DNA of 64,000 bases, taken from assembly GCA_965250225.1 (NCBI GenBank), contig CBDFNQ010000028.1, forward strand, positions 12,438 through 76,437, read 5' to 3'. Source of the stretch: Gammaproteobacteria bacterium. GTDB lineage: Bacteria; Pseudomonadota; Gammaproteobacteria; Eutrophobiales; Eutrophobiaceae. The position numbers and the translations under genes were made by a program. The notes under the pieces are model-generated. The model had not been told where the DNA came from. It worked only from the letters and a program-made list of their open reading frames with translations, and ran no database searches. Shown here one piece after another: positions 10,378 through 20,263 of the stretch. Within the stretch, counting starts at the first letter, position 1. The number at the start of each line of letters is the position of its first letter.

Positions 10378-11010
10378 ATGGTTGACGACACAATACGTTT
10401 TTATTTTAGTTTCCGTAGTCCTTATTCCTGCCTGGGCTTATTTCGTTTCTACCATTTCTTACCAAAACTAGGTGTTCAATATCAATTAATTCCCCTAGTA
10501 CCTCCAAAAGAATTTACTGAAAAGCCAATAGCCGCGCCTGACAAACTACAATACATCATTACGGATGTTGCTCGTATTTTTAAGGCATACGGTCTGCCGA
10601 TAAAGATGCCCGATCCCTTTGATGTAGATTGGGGAATTCCTCACACAGCATTTGTTTATGCTGACCAGCAAAATAAAGGATTGAAATTTGCATATCAGGC
10701 ATATATGGCACGTTATTGTGAAGGTAAAAATCTTGCTGAAGAGTCGGCATTAATCGAAATAGCGGTTAAATGTGAACTTGACCCTGATGCCTTGCTTTCG
10801 GCACTCACTCAACGGAAATTTCAAAAAGAATTATTACGATCAAGAAGAACAATGACAGAAGATGCAATATTTGGTGTTCCAACCTTCGTTTATCATGACG
10901 ACAAATACTGGGGTAATGATCGTTTTGACTGGTTGGTGCGGCAGGTCTACCAGGATCAGGGAAAAACAGTCACTGATTTGAGTATCGATCCCATGTCAAA
11001 AGTCTTCTAG
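10378..11010 (+). CDS. DsbA-like thioredoxin fold protein, 2-hydroxychromene-2-carboxylate isomerase family
   Basis: FYFSFRSPYSCLG at the N-terminus and FGVPTFVYHDDKYWGNDR near the C-terminus. Confidence 0.6.
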   Translation: MVDDTIRFYFSFRSPYSCLGLFRFYHFLPKLGVQYQLIPLVPPKEFTEKPIAAPDKLQYIITDVARIFKAYGLPIKMPDPFDVDWGIPHTAFVYADQQNKGLKFAYQAYMARYCEGKNLAEESALIEIAVKCELDPDALLSALTQRKFQKELLRSRRTMTEDAIFGVPTFVYHDDKYWGNDRFDWLVRQVYQDQGKTVTDLSIDPMSKVF

Positions 11011-11095
11011 TTTTTTACTCATTTCCACATTAGAATAGTAATTGCTAATTTCATCTAATCAAAAGTTAGGAAGACTGAAATTCCACAATTATATT

Positions 11096-12364
11096 ATGGC
11101 CATACACGTATTAATCATTGATGATTCGGAAGAGTATCGTGCTCTTATAAAAATCTGGCTCAGAAAAGAGATCGAAGACATTGAAATTGTAGAATACGAT
11201 GTTAAAAGCCTGGGAAAACCAAATGGGACTTTTGACTGGTCACCGTACGATGTTTTGCTGCTGGATTATAATCTTGGGAATAATGAAGATGGTCTGGAAT
11301 GGCTTAAAGAATTTGGCACTGTAGATGGTTTCCCACCAACGGTTGTTTTGACTGCGGAAGGTGATGAGTACGTGGCAGTGAGGGCCGTGAAGTTAGGTGC
11401 CTGTGATTATATCAATAAAAAAGATGTTACTGGCAAACGTCTTGTGGAGATGCTTTCGACCGCAATTGAATATACCCCAAGAAAACGTGCACATCATGAT
11501 CAGCAAGTCGAGGATGCCAGTCAAATGCTCGAGGAGTTTCGCAGTGAGGACAATGGATCAAGTATGGATATGGAGTACAAGTTCGTCAGCAGAATAGGTG
11601 GCGGACTGACTTCAGATGTGTTTTTGGCAGAGAGAAATGCTGACAAACAAAGTGTTGTATTAAAAATTCTCAATGTTTCCAACGTTAAAAGTGAAATTTA
11701 TGTAAAACGTTTTATCCAGGAGGCTAAATTATTAGCTGAAATGAATAACCCGTTTGTGGCCAGGATTTTTGATTATGGTGTGACCAATAATCAATATGTT
11801 TATATTGTTATGGAATTTTTCCCCCGTGGTGATATGAAGCAACGTCTTGAGCTGAAATTTGATGCTGAAATCGCTACCTTATATATCAATCATCTCATTC
11901 ACGGTCTTGCAGCGATACATAAAGTCGGAATCATCCATCGCGACATCAAGCCAGCAAACATAATGTTTCGAGGAGATGATAGTCTGGCATTGGCTGATTT
12001 TGGCATCTCAAAAAAATTAAGTGAAAATGATGAACTTACAGCTGTTGGGCAAGTATTGGGAACACCTCATTATATGAGTCCTGAGCAGGGTCAGGGTAAA
12101 CCCACAGATGAACGATCGGATATTTATAGTACGGGTATTATGTACTTTGAATTATTAACGAAGCAAAAACCGTTTGTTGGCAATTCTCCTTCGGCATTAA
12201 TTTATCAACATGTCCATTCTGAGATACCAAAACTACCTAAAGACTTGCATAAATATCAAAGCATTATCGACAAGGCGATGGCCAAGGATCCGAATGATCG
12301 TTATCAGTCTGCCGAGGAATTAATTGAGGTCATTAATCTGGCTGAAGAAGGAACCTTTAGTTAG
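11096..12364 (+). CDS. Response-regulator receiver domain fused to a Hanks-type Ser/Thr protein kinase
   Basis: REC: VLIIDDSEEY...DVLLLDYNL...VVLTAEGD...KLGACDYINK. Kinase: GGGLTSDV, VVLKIL, HRDIKPANIM, DFGISK, GTPHYMSPEQ. Start moved to the ATG at 11096. Confidence 0.8.
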   Translation: MAIHVLIIDDSEEYRALIKIWLRKEIEDIEIVEYDVKSLGKPNGTFDWSPYDVLLLDYNLGNNEDGLEWLKEFGTVDGFPPTVVLTAEGDEYVAVRAVKLGACDYINKKDVTGKRLVEMLSTAIEYTPRKRAHHDQQVEDASQMLEEFRSEDNGSSMDMEYKFVSRIGGGLTSDVFLAERNADKQSVVLKILNVSNVKSEIYVKRFIQEAKLLAEMNNPFVARIFDYGVTNNQYVYIVMEFFPRGDMKQRLELKFDAEIATLYINHLIHGLAAIHKVGIIHRDIKPANIMFRGDDSLALADFGISKKLSENDELTAVGQVLGTPHYMSPEQGQGKPTDERSDIYSTGIMYFELLTKQKPFVGNSPSALIYQHVHSEIPKLPKDLHKYQSIIDKAMAKDPNDRYQSAEELIEVINLAEEGTFS

Positions 12365-12524
12365 GGAATTTCTGATTCATTCTGAACGAAGTAGATTGTG
12401 TCCTAAAATTTTCAGATTCAAGATGCGAATCGCACGTAATAGTCAGCTATTGCGAAGATTTGCAACGTAGAAACTGGGTATTTTAGGTTCAAGATACGAG
12501 TTCATGAATGAATCAGAGATTCCC
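12364..12524. repeat. 161-bp element bounded by ~19-24-bp terminal inverted repeats (MITE-like or a large intergenic hairpin)
   Basis: gggaatttctgattcattc at 12364 and gaatgaatcagagattccc ending at 12524. An inner pair cctaaaat/attttagg is also present. It fills the gap between two convergent stop codons. Confidence 0.5.
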
Positions 12525-12529
12525 ATAAA

Positions 12530-13750
12530 TCAGGAATCCTGGGTAATTTTGTTTTTATCTTTTAATTGCTGTAGCCACCACCTTGCATGTTCTCTGGTTT
12601 TTTTGTAAGACAACGCTTTTGTGAATGAATCCCTGGACAATTCCTGATCATTTAATTCATAAAAAGCAATACCTGTTAACAACAGAGCCTGTGCTGTTTG
12701 TTCTTTATTATCATGCGATATTACTTGCGATAAATGTTCAATAGCCTTTTCCCATTGGCTTGATTCATAATAAAGTTGTCCCAGACGGAAAAATAATTCC
12801 GGGTCTCGATCTGTTTCAGTGATTTTCTCAAGTGCAGAGATGGCTTTTGTTTTTTCATGAGCAAGCATCCAGCTATTGGCAAGGAGTTCAAGATTCGATT
12901 TGGATGTTGTCAATTTGCCTTTTTGAATTTCTTTTTCTAACAACATCGCCGCCTTAATGGGTATATCAAGATAAAGATACGTATTGGCAAGACTGATAAT
13001 TTGTTGCTTGTCAAGAAATCCTTTTTTATAGGCAAGTTCATTTATAGCCAAAGATCTTTTATCTTGTTTGGCTAACTGGTACGCTGCCATCAGTTGCATC
13101 CAGTTTTGTTTTTTTGTCGGTTCCAGACGTACTAGTTTTTCAAATATGTTTGCTGCATTGCTGTATTGTTTAGTTTGAATATAGGCGGAAGCCAGTAATT
13201 CGTACCAATTCATTGGTACTTTATTTGTTTTTGATATGGCATTGTTCAAATGCGGTATCATTTTATTGTAGTCATTTAGATGATAAAAAATAGTTGCAGC
13301 AAGGAGGTGTGCATCGGCATTTGGATCTGGTTCATACTCAAGCCATTTTTCCAGATATTTCAAGGCTTCTTTATAAGATTCGTCGAAAGCTAAAAGACGT
13401 GCGATATTCAATTCAAGTTCATGCTGAATGTTTTTCGGAAGTTTGTTAATTTCTGCAGCATTTATAAAAGCTTGTCTGGCATTTTTTGTATCATTGGTCT
13501 GGTAATAAGCATGTCCAAGCATCTGATAGGTGACGGCCAGGTCATACGGTTTATCCTGAATTTGTTTTAATAAGATTTTTAATATTTTAATGGCGTCACG
13601 AGGCTGGTCATTTGTCATCAATTGTTGGGATTCATTGATGATCTGATAGCTTGATTCAGATAATGTTTGTTCCTGCCCAGCTGCATTGATTTCAATGCTA
13701 AACAATGAATGAGAAACAAATAAGACAGAAATGATGAATGTAATTTTCAT
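12530..13750 (-). CDS. Tetratricopeptide-repeat protein, last gene of the TonB2-type operon (TtpD-like)
   Basis: Signal peptide and many TPR-like helical pairs. Sits directly downstream of tonB, as in Vibrio TonB2 clusters. Confidence 0.65.
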   Translation of the reverse strand: MKITFIISVLFVSHSLFSIEINAAGQEQTLSESSYQIINESQQLMTNDQPRDAIKILKILLKQIQDKPYDLAVTYQMLGHAYYQTNDTKNARQAFINAAEINKLPKNIQHELELNIARLLAFDESYKEALKYLEKWLEYEPDPNADAHLLAATIFYHLNDYNKMIPHLNNAISKTNKVPMNWYELLASAYIQTKQYSNAANIFEKLVRLEPTKKQNWMQLMAAYQLAKQDKRSLAINELAYKKGFLDKQQIISLANTYLYLDIPIKAAMLLEKEIQKGKLTTSKSNLELLANSWMLAHEKTKAISALEKITETDRDPELFFRLGQLYYESSQWEKAIEHLSQVISHDNKEQTAQALLLTGIAFYELNDQELSRDSFTKALSYKKTREHARWWLQQLKDKNKITQDS

Positions 13751-14441
13751 TGTTAAATATTATTTTAATTTGAAAATTTACAGTTTGTCTGGTACGAACT
13801 TCTCTAGCTTCGCCATTTTCGATCTCAGGATTAAATTGCCATTTGGTAATGACTTTTAATACCGCGCGATCAAACATTTCTGGTGGATCGGATTTGACTA
13901 TGACAGGGTCTTTAACAGTACCGTCTTTTGTAATGGTAAGTTCAACGATAACCACACCTTCTATGCCAGAACGTAAGGCACGTCTGGGATAGGCTGGAGG
14001 GATCTTAATCGTTGGTATTAAGTTAGTTAGCACCTCTGGTTTTGATAGTGGTTGTGCAGCTGTAGGTTTCGTAGATTTAATAAAATCTCCTATGAATGGT
14101 GTGCCATTAATGTTCATAGGTATATCCAGGCCTGGCATGCTGATCTCAAGTGGGGTTACATCAGGTTTGCTGATGTCAGGTTGAATCATATCCGGTGGAG
14201 GAGGTGCTTCATCGGGTGGAGGTGGTTCTTCAACTTCTTCTTGGATAATTTTATCAGGTGATTCCATCTGTTCTTTGAAGCGAATGAAATCGACAAAATT
14301 AATAGCTTCAATGATTGGTGGGCGAAATTGTTCATTGGTGACTAATTGCATAATAAAATAAAAAATTAGAAAATTAGCGACCAGGGCGCAAGCTACGAAA
14401 GCAGGTAGTCGCGGAACTCTTTCTGTCATGTCCTTTAACAT
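13698..14441 (-). CDS. tonB: Energy transducer TonB
   Basis: N-terminal anchor, Pro-rich spacer EEPPPPDEAPPPPD, and C-terminal TonB domain (YPRRALRSGIEGVVIVELTI...). The 3' tail overlaps the next gene by 53 nt and may be read-through (see findings). Confidence 0.8.
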   Translation of the reverse strand: MLKDMTERVPRLPAFVACALVANFLIFYFIMQLVTNEQFRPPIIEAINFVDFIRFKEQMESPDKIIQEEVEEPPPPDEAPPPPDMIQPDISKPDVTPLEISMPGLDIPMNINGTPFIGDFIKSTKPTAAQPLSKPEVLTNLIPTIKIPPAYPRRALRSGIEGVVIVELTITKDGTVKDPVIVKSDPPEMFDRAVLKVITKWQFNPEIENGEAREVRTRQTVNFQIKIIFNNENYIHHFCLICFSFIV

Positions 14442-14859
14442 TGCGTAATGTTTATTCTTTTTTTTGCTGCGATTGAGACGTTACTGACACCTGCAAGTCG
14501 AACCTGATCGAGCACATCAACGGTAATACCAGTATCGGCTTTTTTTATCCGCCATAATGATAACCGTGCCTTCCGGGTTTTTGTGCCGTTAGGCGTTCTA
14601 TATGTGCGCGAATGGAACGTAACTCAACTTGTCTGTTATCGATCCAGACTTCACCGACTTCGTTTATACCAATGATTAACGTTCCCTGTTCCTGCCGTAC
14701 AGCCGTTTGTGCGGAAGGCCGGTTGACTTCAATGCCGGACTCTTTGGTAAATGAAGCGGTGACCAGAAAAAAGATCAACAGGATGAAGACCATGTCTATC
14801 AATGGTGTTAAATTAATATTTGAGCTAACGTTATCTTCTGTTGTATGACGATTTCGCAT
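14435..14859 (-). pseudogene. exbD: ExbD biopolymer transport protein with two frameshifts
   Basis: Frame a gives MRNR...NLTPLIDMVFILLIFF...ERLTAQ. Frame b gives NPEGTVIIMADKK. Frame c gives ADTGITVDVLDQVRLAGVSNVSIAAKK. The switches sit at the T5 run 14578-14582 and the T7 run 14541-14547. Confidence 0.75.
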
Positions 14860-14868
14860 AGGTGTTTA

Positions 14869-15382
14869 TCAGTGAGTTAATAAATCTCTGGTTTCATCCA
14901 GCTGGATTTGCGCGCGACGTTTCAGGTCAGTGCTAAAATACAAGCCTACTATTGATGTAACCAGGCCGGCTGTGGTTGGTAATAATGCCTGTGAGATGCC
15001 ATCTGCTATGCCACGGGCGTTACCCGTACCAAAGACATTGATCACTTCAAAGATTGCGATCATTCCGGTGACGGTGCCGAGCAGGCCGAGCAATGGTAAT
15101 ACAGCAATTAATGCGTTGATAGGGATCATGTTGTGTTTTGTATTCATACTGATGTCAGCAAGAAATCCTTCGCGAAGTTTCATTGAATGCCAGGAAATTT
15201 TATTAGTACGTTGTTCCCAACGACGAATGATCACGTCCAGTTGTTTTTTGTAGCCGTAAATAAAAAAAAAAGTAGCGTTCAATGATTAAGATCCAGAGTA
15301 AAATTGAGGTGAATAAAATGACTATCAGGACAGTGCCTCCCTGATCAAAAAAATCTCTGAAGTTGTTTATCCAATCAAGCAT
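14869..15382 (-). pseudogene. exbB: ExbB (MotA/TolQ/ExbB proton channel) with one frameshift
   Basis: From ATG 15382: MLDWINNFRDFFDQGGTVLIVILFTSILLWILIIERYFFF. This continues in the next frame as IYGYKKQLD...PLLGLLGTVTGMI... The switch sits at the 10-nt A run 15262-15271 (T10 in the gene sense). Confidence 0.75.
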
Positions 15383-16689
15383 TAGACTGTTTTCTACGGT
15401 TCGTTTCTGCTAACTGGGCGATAAAACCTTTGCTTTTTTCATCAAGGATCTGGATCACATTATTGCTTTTGCTCGATACAAAACTGTGTAATAGTAATAA
15501 TGGAATAGCAACGACCAATCCCATGACAGTTGTCACCAGGGCTTGGGAAATGCCACTGGACATAGTTCGAGGATCACCCGTTCCAAACAAGGTGATTGAT
15601 TGAAATGTTTCAATAATCCCCGTGACGGTACCCAACAAGCCAAGCAGCGGGGCTATGGCTGCCAGTAATGACAGGATGCTCATACCGCGTTGTAATGCGG
15701 GCAATTCTTTTAGAATTGCTTCATCCATTTTGAATTCCAGTGTTTCAGTATCGATGTCCGGGTTCTTGACATAGACTTCCATGATTCGACCGAGGGGGTT
15801 ATTGTCTGGTGTTTTATGACTGAGTTGAGTTTGTACTTTTTTTATTTGTCTGAGTCAGTCTGAGTAGCCGGATGATTGCTATCAACAAACCAACAATGCC
15901 AACAACAATAATAATATAACCTATCAATCCTCCCTGTTCGATGCGCTCAAAGATGTTGGGTTCTTGCACTAACAACGCCAGCATCTCGCCACGTGTGGGA
16001 TCGAGTGCAATCGGGTATAGGTCAGAAGGTTGCCCAGCAGATAATTTTTCATGCTTTGCATTTTCAAGATCGCTGGCCATAGTCTGAAATCTTGCTGTGG
16101 GTTGTCGTCCCGGTTCCACTAGTTTGCCAGTCTCAGGTAGAAAACGTAGATAATGACCGTTTGAGTAGGTATTAAAAACACCCACACGCGTTACTGATTG
16201 TTCAACCTCTTCGCCAGTATTAAGGATAATATTTGCCGGGAAGCTGACAACCTTTGCAGATTCTGCCATTTCATCCAGCACCAATAGCCACAGATCTTCC
16301 AGTTCCTTGATCGACGGTAATTCCTTGCTACCAGCTAATTTATCTATCCCTTCATCTCTACCGGGTTTTTGTGCAGTGACGATCGATGTATCAATAATGC
16401 TATCAACTTCATTGGCAATTTGACGTACGACACCATGCAATTCATCGAGTGAACCAATTCGTTGTTTTAAAATATTCTCCTGGGTTTTTATCGCGACTTC
16501 GTTTTCATCATAGCGGGATCGTAATCGTTTGCTACGAGCTTCTTCATTGACATATTTTGTTTTTGCTTCATTCAAAACTACAGATTGTTTATCTTTGGCA
16601 GATTTGAATGTTTCAACACGTTGTAGTAATTCCTTTTTTTCCAGCAGGCGTTCTTTTTTAACTTGCTTAACCAATTCATCAAGACTCAT
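15375..16689 (-). pseudogene. ttpC: TtpC-like large MotA/TolQ/ExbB family protein with one frameshift
   Basis: The 291-aa N-terminal ORF (coiled coil plus first TM) and the 135-aa C-terminal ORF (PLLGLLGTVTGIIETF...GDP) are two halves of one gene. The conserved NPLGRI motif lies in the downstream frame just before its ATG. The switch sits at the T7 run 15837-15843. Confidence 0.7.
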
Positions 16690-16758
16690 TGCATTGTCTT
16701 GAGAAAATAAGGGTTGTGATAAAATTAATGCGAAAACAAGGTGTGAGTGTACGCAGGA

Positions 16759-17532
16759 TCATTGTATTTTCTCCGGCGCTTTGACAGGAATTCTAAACAG
16801 ATCAGGCGGTGCCTGGTTGCGTGCTATCTTAAGACCTTTCTGCACACCACTATGATAGGACTTATCAAGTGCAGCCCATCTTTTCTCCCCTGCATGCCAT
16901 TGACCAATGGCCTTCTTATCCAGGGTGGAATAGATCAATGTTAATCGGCCTATACGTAATATATCAACGGTTTGTGATTTATCGTTAATGAGGATCGTAT
17001 CTTCATAGGCCTCAATCGTTCGGCCATATTCCATCTCAATTTGATAGGCCTCCATGACACGACGAAACTTATCGGGCAGTGTCACGTCAGGTCTGTCCAT
17101 CATTTCTTTAATAAGTAGCAGACGCTCCTGTCTCTCTTTTGTTAAAAAAGGAAAATCAAGAGAAATAAATACCTCCAGAACTTCAATCATTCGTAGCATC
17201 AACGGCACAATGTCCCGTTGCGTACTTTCGATATACCCCATTTGTCTTTCTATCGAGATCAATGAGTTTTGTTGGTTCTCGATCAGAACTTCAAGTTGAT
17301 TGTTATAACGGGTTAAACTGTCAGTCGAATGCAGAAGTGTTTTGTATTCTTGCTGCATATCACGAGTGTTATTTGCAAGAGAGTCGATTGTTTGCTGGGT
17401 TTGAATATTATTTTTCTGTGATTCCAGCGTGTTATCAACCGCTGATTTCAACGCATCATCTGCGGTCACAACGAAACTGAAAAATATCAACGAGATAATG
17501 ACTAGAGTCGAAATAACAGGTTTGTATATCAT
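16759..17532 (-). CDS. DUF3450-type periplasmic coiled-coil protein, first gene of the TonB2 operon (TtpB-like)
   Basis: Signal peptide and coiled-coil N-terminal half. Sits upstream of ttpC as in Vibrio TonB2 clusters. Confidence 0.6.
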   Translation of the reverse strand: MIYKPVISTLVIISLIFFSFVVTADDALKSAVDNTLESQKNNIQTQQTIDSLANNTRDMQQEYKTLLHSTDSLTRYNNQLEVLIENQQNSLISIERQMGYIESTQRDIVPLMLRMIEVLEVFISLDFPFLTKERQERLLLIKEMMDRPDVTLPDKFRRVMEAYQIEMEYGRTIEAYEDTILINDKSQTVDILRIGRLTLIYSTLDKKAIGQWHAGEKRWAALDKSYHSGVQKGLKIARNQAPPDLFRIPVKAPEKIQ

Positions 17533-17717
17533 TGGTAATCCTTGATCAATTTACAGTAAAACGGTTTTAGTATCCTTGAATGAGTGTATGGAAATTATCG
17601 GGAAATTTGACCGGGAGTTTTTCCTGAATATTGCACACACTCTTAAATTGTGTGTTCAAGTCGAATTATAATCTACAGCAACAATCAGAATAACTAGAAA
17701 ACTTTGTGGAGAAATTA

Positions 17718-20136
17718 ATGTTGGTATTGGATTGTCTCGGTAGAAAACGGTTGTTGTTTGCTATTTTGTTCTTTCAAAGTGCAAAACATTATTGCTCAAA
17801 CAGATGGTTTGGCAGATGGTCTGGCAGATAGCCAGACAGACGAACTTGAGGATGTAACGGTGATTGGAGTCACACCGACCCATGGGGTAGGCCTGCCTGA
17901 AAATCAAATTCCTTTTAATGTGCAATCTGCCACCAGTGCTGATCTGGAAGAATCTCAAAGTTTCGATCTGACCGATTACATCAATCGTAATCTGGGAAGC
18001 GTGACGCTGAATGATGCCCAGAACAATCCATTGCAATCAGATGTTCAATATAGAGGTTTCACACTCTCTCCCTTATTAGGTTTGCCACAGGGTTTATCCG
18101 TATTTCAAAACGGTGTGCGTATCAATGAACCTTTCGGTGACTCAATAAACTTTGATCTGCTGCCTGAATCTTCCATCGGCAGTATTAATCTGGTCGGTGG
18201 TGCGAATCCCTTATTTGGTTTGAATACCCTTGGTGGTGCGTTAACTGTGAGAACCAAAAATGGTTTTACACATGAAGGACACAGTCTTGAAACCTATGGT
18301 GGTTCGTTTGGACGTTTTGTGACCACTGTTGAAAGTGGCGCGAATAATGGACAGTGGGGTTATTTCGTTACGGGAAATTATTTTGACGAGGATGGTTGGC
18401 GTGACGCGTCTGAATCCGATGCTCTGAATTTTTTCAGTACTGTGGGATACCGTGATCAGGACACAACCCTGGATATTGGCATTAATCATGGCGATACCGA
18501 TCTGGTTGGAAATGGATCAACCCCTGTCGAGCTTGAAGCCCTGGATAGAGAAGCCGTATTTACCTCTCCTGATCAGACAAAAAATAATTTGACGATGGTG
18601 ATAGCCGAAGGGACGCATTGGTTAAATGAGTCAACCCAGTTATCGGGCAATGTTTTTTATCGTAATAATGAAACAGACTCTTTCAATGGTGATGGCACTG
18701 AATATGAGGACTGTGCATTAAACGGCGGCCCTGCTGGTTTTTTGTGTGAAGAAGGCGACACTGTCCCGATCGATGATCAAAACGGCAATACGGTTGCTGT
18801 AGTAAATGCGAATGGCACAGAAAGAAATGCTCTGAATAATATTAGTGATCGTGAACAGGAAGGATTTGGTGGTTCTTTGCAATCAACTTTTCTCAGTGAT
18901 TTATTTGGTAGAGAAAATCAATTTATTATTGGTAGTGCCTATCAACAAGGGCTGATTGATTTTACCTCTATTGTTGAAGTGGCGACCTTAGTCTGTGAAT
19001 TTAATGGTGATGATTGCACCTTGCCTGGAGCTGATCGCAGTACAGTAGCCTCTGGTTTGTTTATCCCTGAAGAGGGCACAAAGATAAAGGCACATAATCG
19101 TACATGGTCAATTTATCTAACGGACACAATTTCAGTGACCGATCAACTTAATCTCACTTTGTCTGGACGTTATAATAATTCACATATTGTTTTAGGTGAC
19201 CGCAGCAATCAGAATACTTTAGTTGAACCGAGTAGTCCCCAAGATTTGAATGGTGAACATGATTTCCAACGTTTTAACCCGGCAGTGGGTTTGACCTACA
19301 CTTTCTTGGGTGGCACGAATGTGTTCGGTAGTTACAGTGAATCTTCACGTGCACCGACACCTATTGAATTACTCTGTGCGGATGAGAGTGCTCCCTGTAC
19401 CTTGCCAAACGCATTCCTTGCTGATCCACCATTGGAACAAGTTGTCACTAAAAGTTTTGAAGGAGGTTTCCGTGGCGTGTTCAATGATATTGATTACTCT
19501 ATAGCCGGTTTTCACAGTACCAATACTGACGATATTATTTTTACCAGCACCGGTGGCATAGGTTCGAATGAAGGCTTTTTTAGAAATGTGGGCGACACAC
19601 AACGGGTCGGTGTTGAATTAGGGCTGTCGGGAGAAATTAACAGGCTGAACTGGTTTATGAATTACAGCTTTGTGGGTGCAACATTTGAAACAGCATTCCA
19701 GGCTGCCAGTGCCAATCATCCGTTGGCAGATGCCAATGGTGAAATTGCAGTGCAAGCTGGCGATAATATTCCTGGTGTTCCACAACATTCATTAAAGCTA
19801 GGTGGATTATTTAGCGTGACCAATCAATTAGATATTGGGGCGAACATGCTCTTTAATTCTGAACAATACATTAGAGGTGATGAAGCAAATTTACTGGATG
19901 CGATAGATAGTTACGTTGTTGTTAGCCTGAATGGAACATACAAAGTGAATAGTCGTTTCACTGTATTTGCTCGGATTAATAATTTATTCGATACCGATTA
20001 TGAAACGTTTGGATTGCTTGGTGAGCCTGGTGAAGTATTTGATGGCTCGGGCGCAACACCTGCCTTTACTAACCCACGTTTTATTGGTGTCGGTGCACCT
20101 ATCTCCGGTTTTGTTGGGATCAAAATTTTACTCTAA
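17718..20136 (+). CDS. TonB-dependent outer-membrane receptor. The 5' end is probably frameshifted.
   Basis: Plug region (DVTVIG, FDLTDYINR, RGF...VFQNGVRINEPFGD) and a long beta-barrel. A good RBS (GGAG) and ATG at 17718 encode a signal-peptide-like MLVLDCLGRKRLLFAILFFQSA in the frame one base off from the main ORF (17758 onward). Confidence 0.8.
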
Positions 20137-20163
20137 CAATAATTTCTCTCTCCTCTCTCTAAT

Positions 20164-20194
20164 GAACGGGCCATATTGTCCCGTTCTTTTTATT
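20164..20194 (+). terminator. Rho-independent terminator after the receptor gene
   Basis: gaacggg-ccatattgt-cccgttc followed by tttttatt. Confidence 0.6.
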
Positions 20195-20263
20195 CAGAAT
20201 TCTTTATACTGTATTTTGTTAAATCCCAGGGACTTCTGATTAATTTGTCCAGAGCTTCTCTAA

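Noticed and set aside
17632-17700. Possible Fur box or operator between the TonB2 operon and the receptor (tgcacacac-N9-gtgtgttca, and gaattataatct...aatcagaataac).
   Set aside because: The match to the GATAATGATAATCATTATC Fur consensus is too weak to call by eye. The dyad is short and could be chance in AT-rich DNA.
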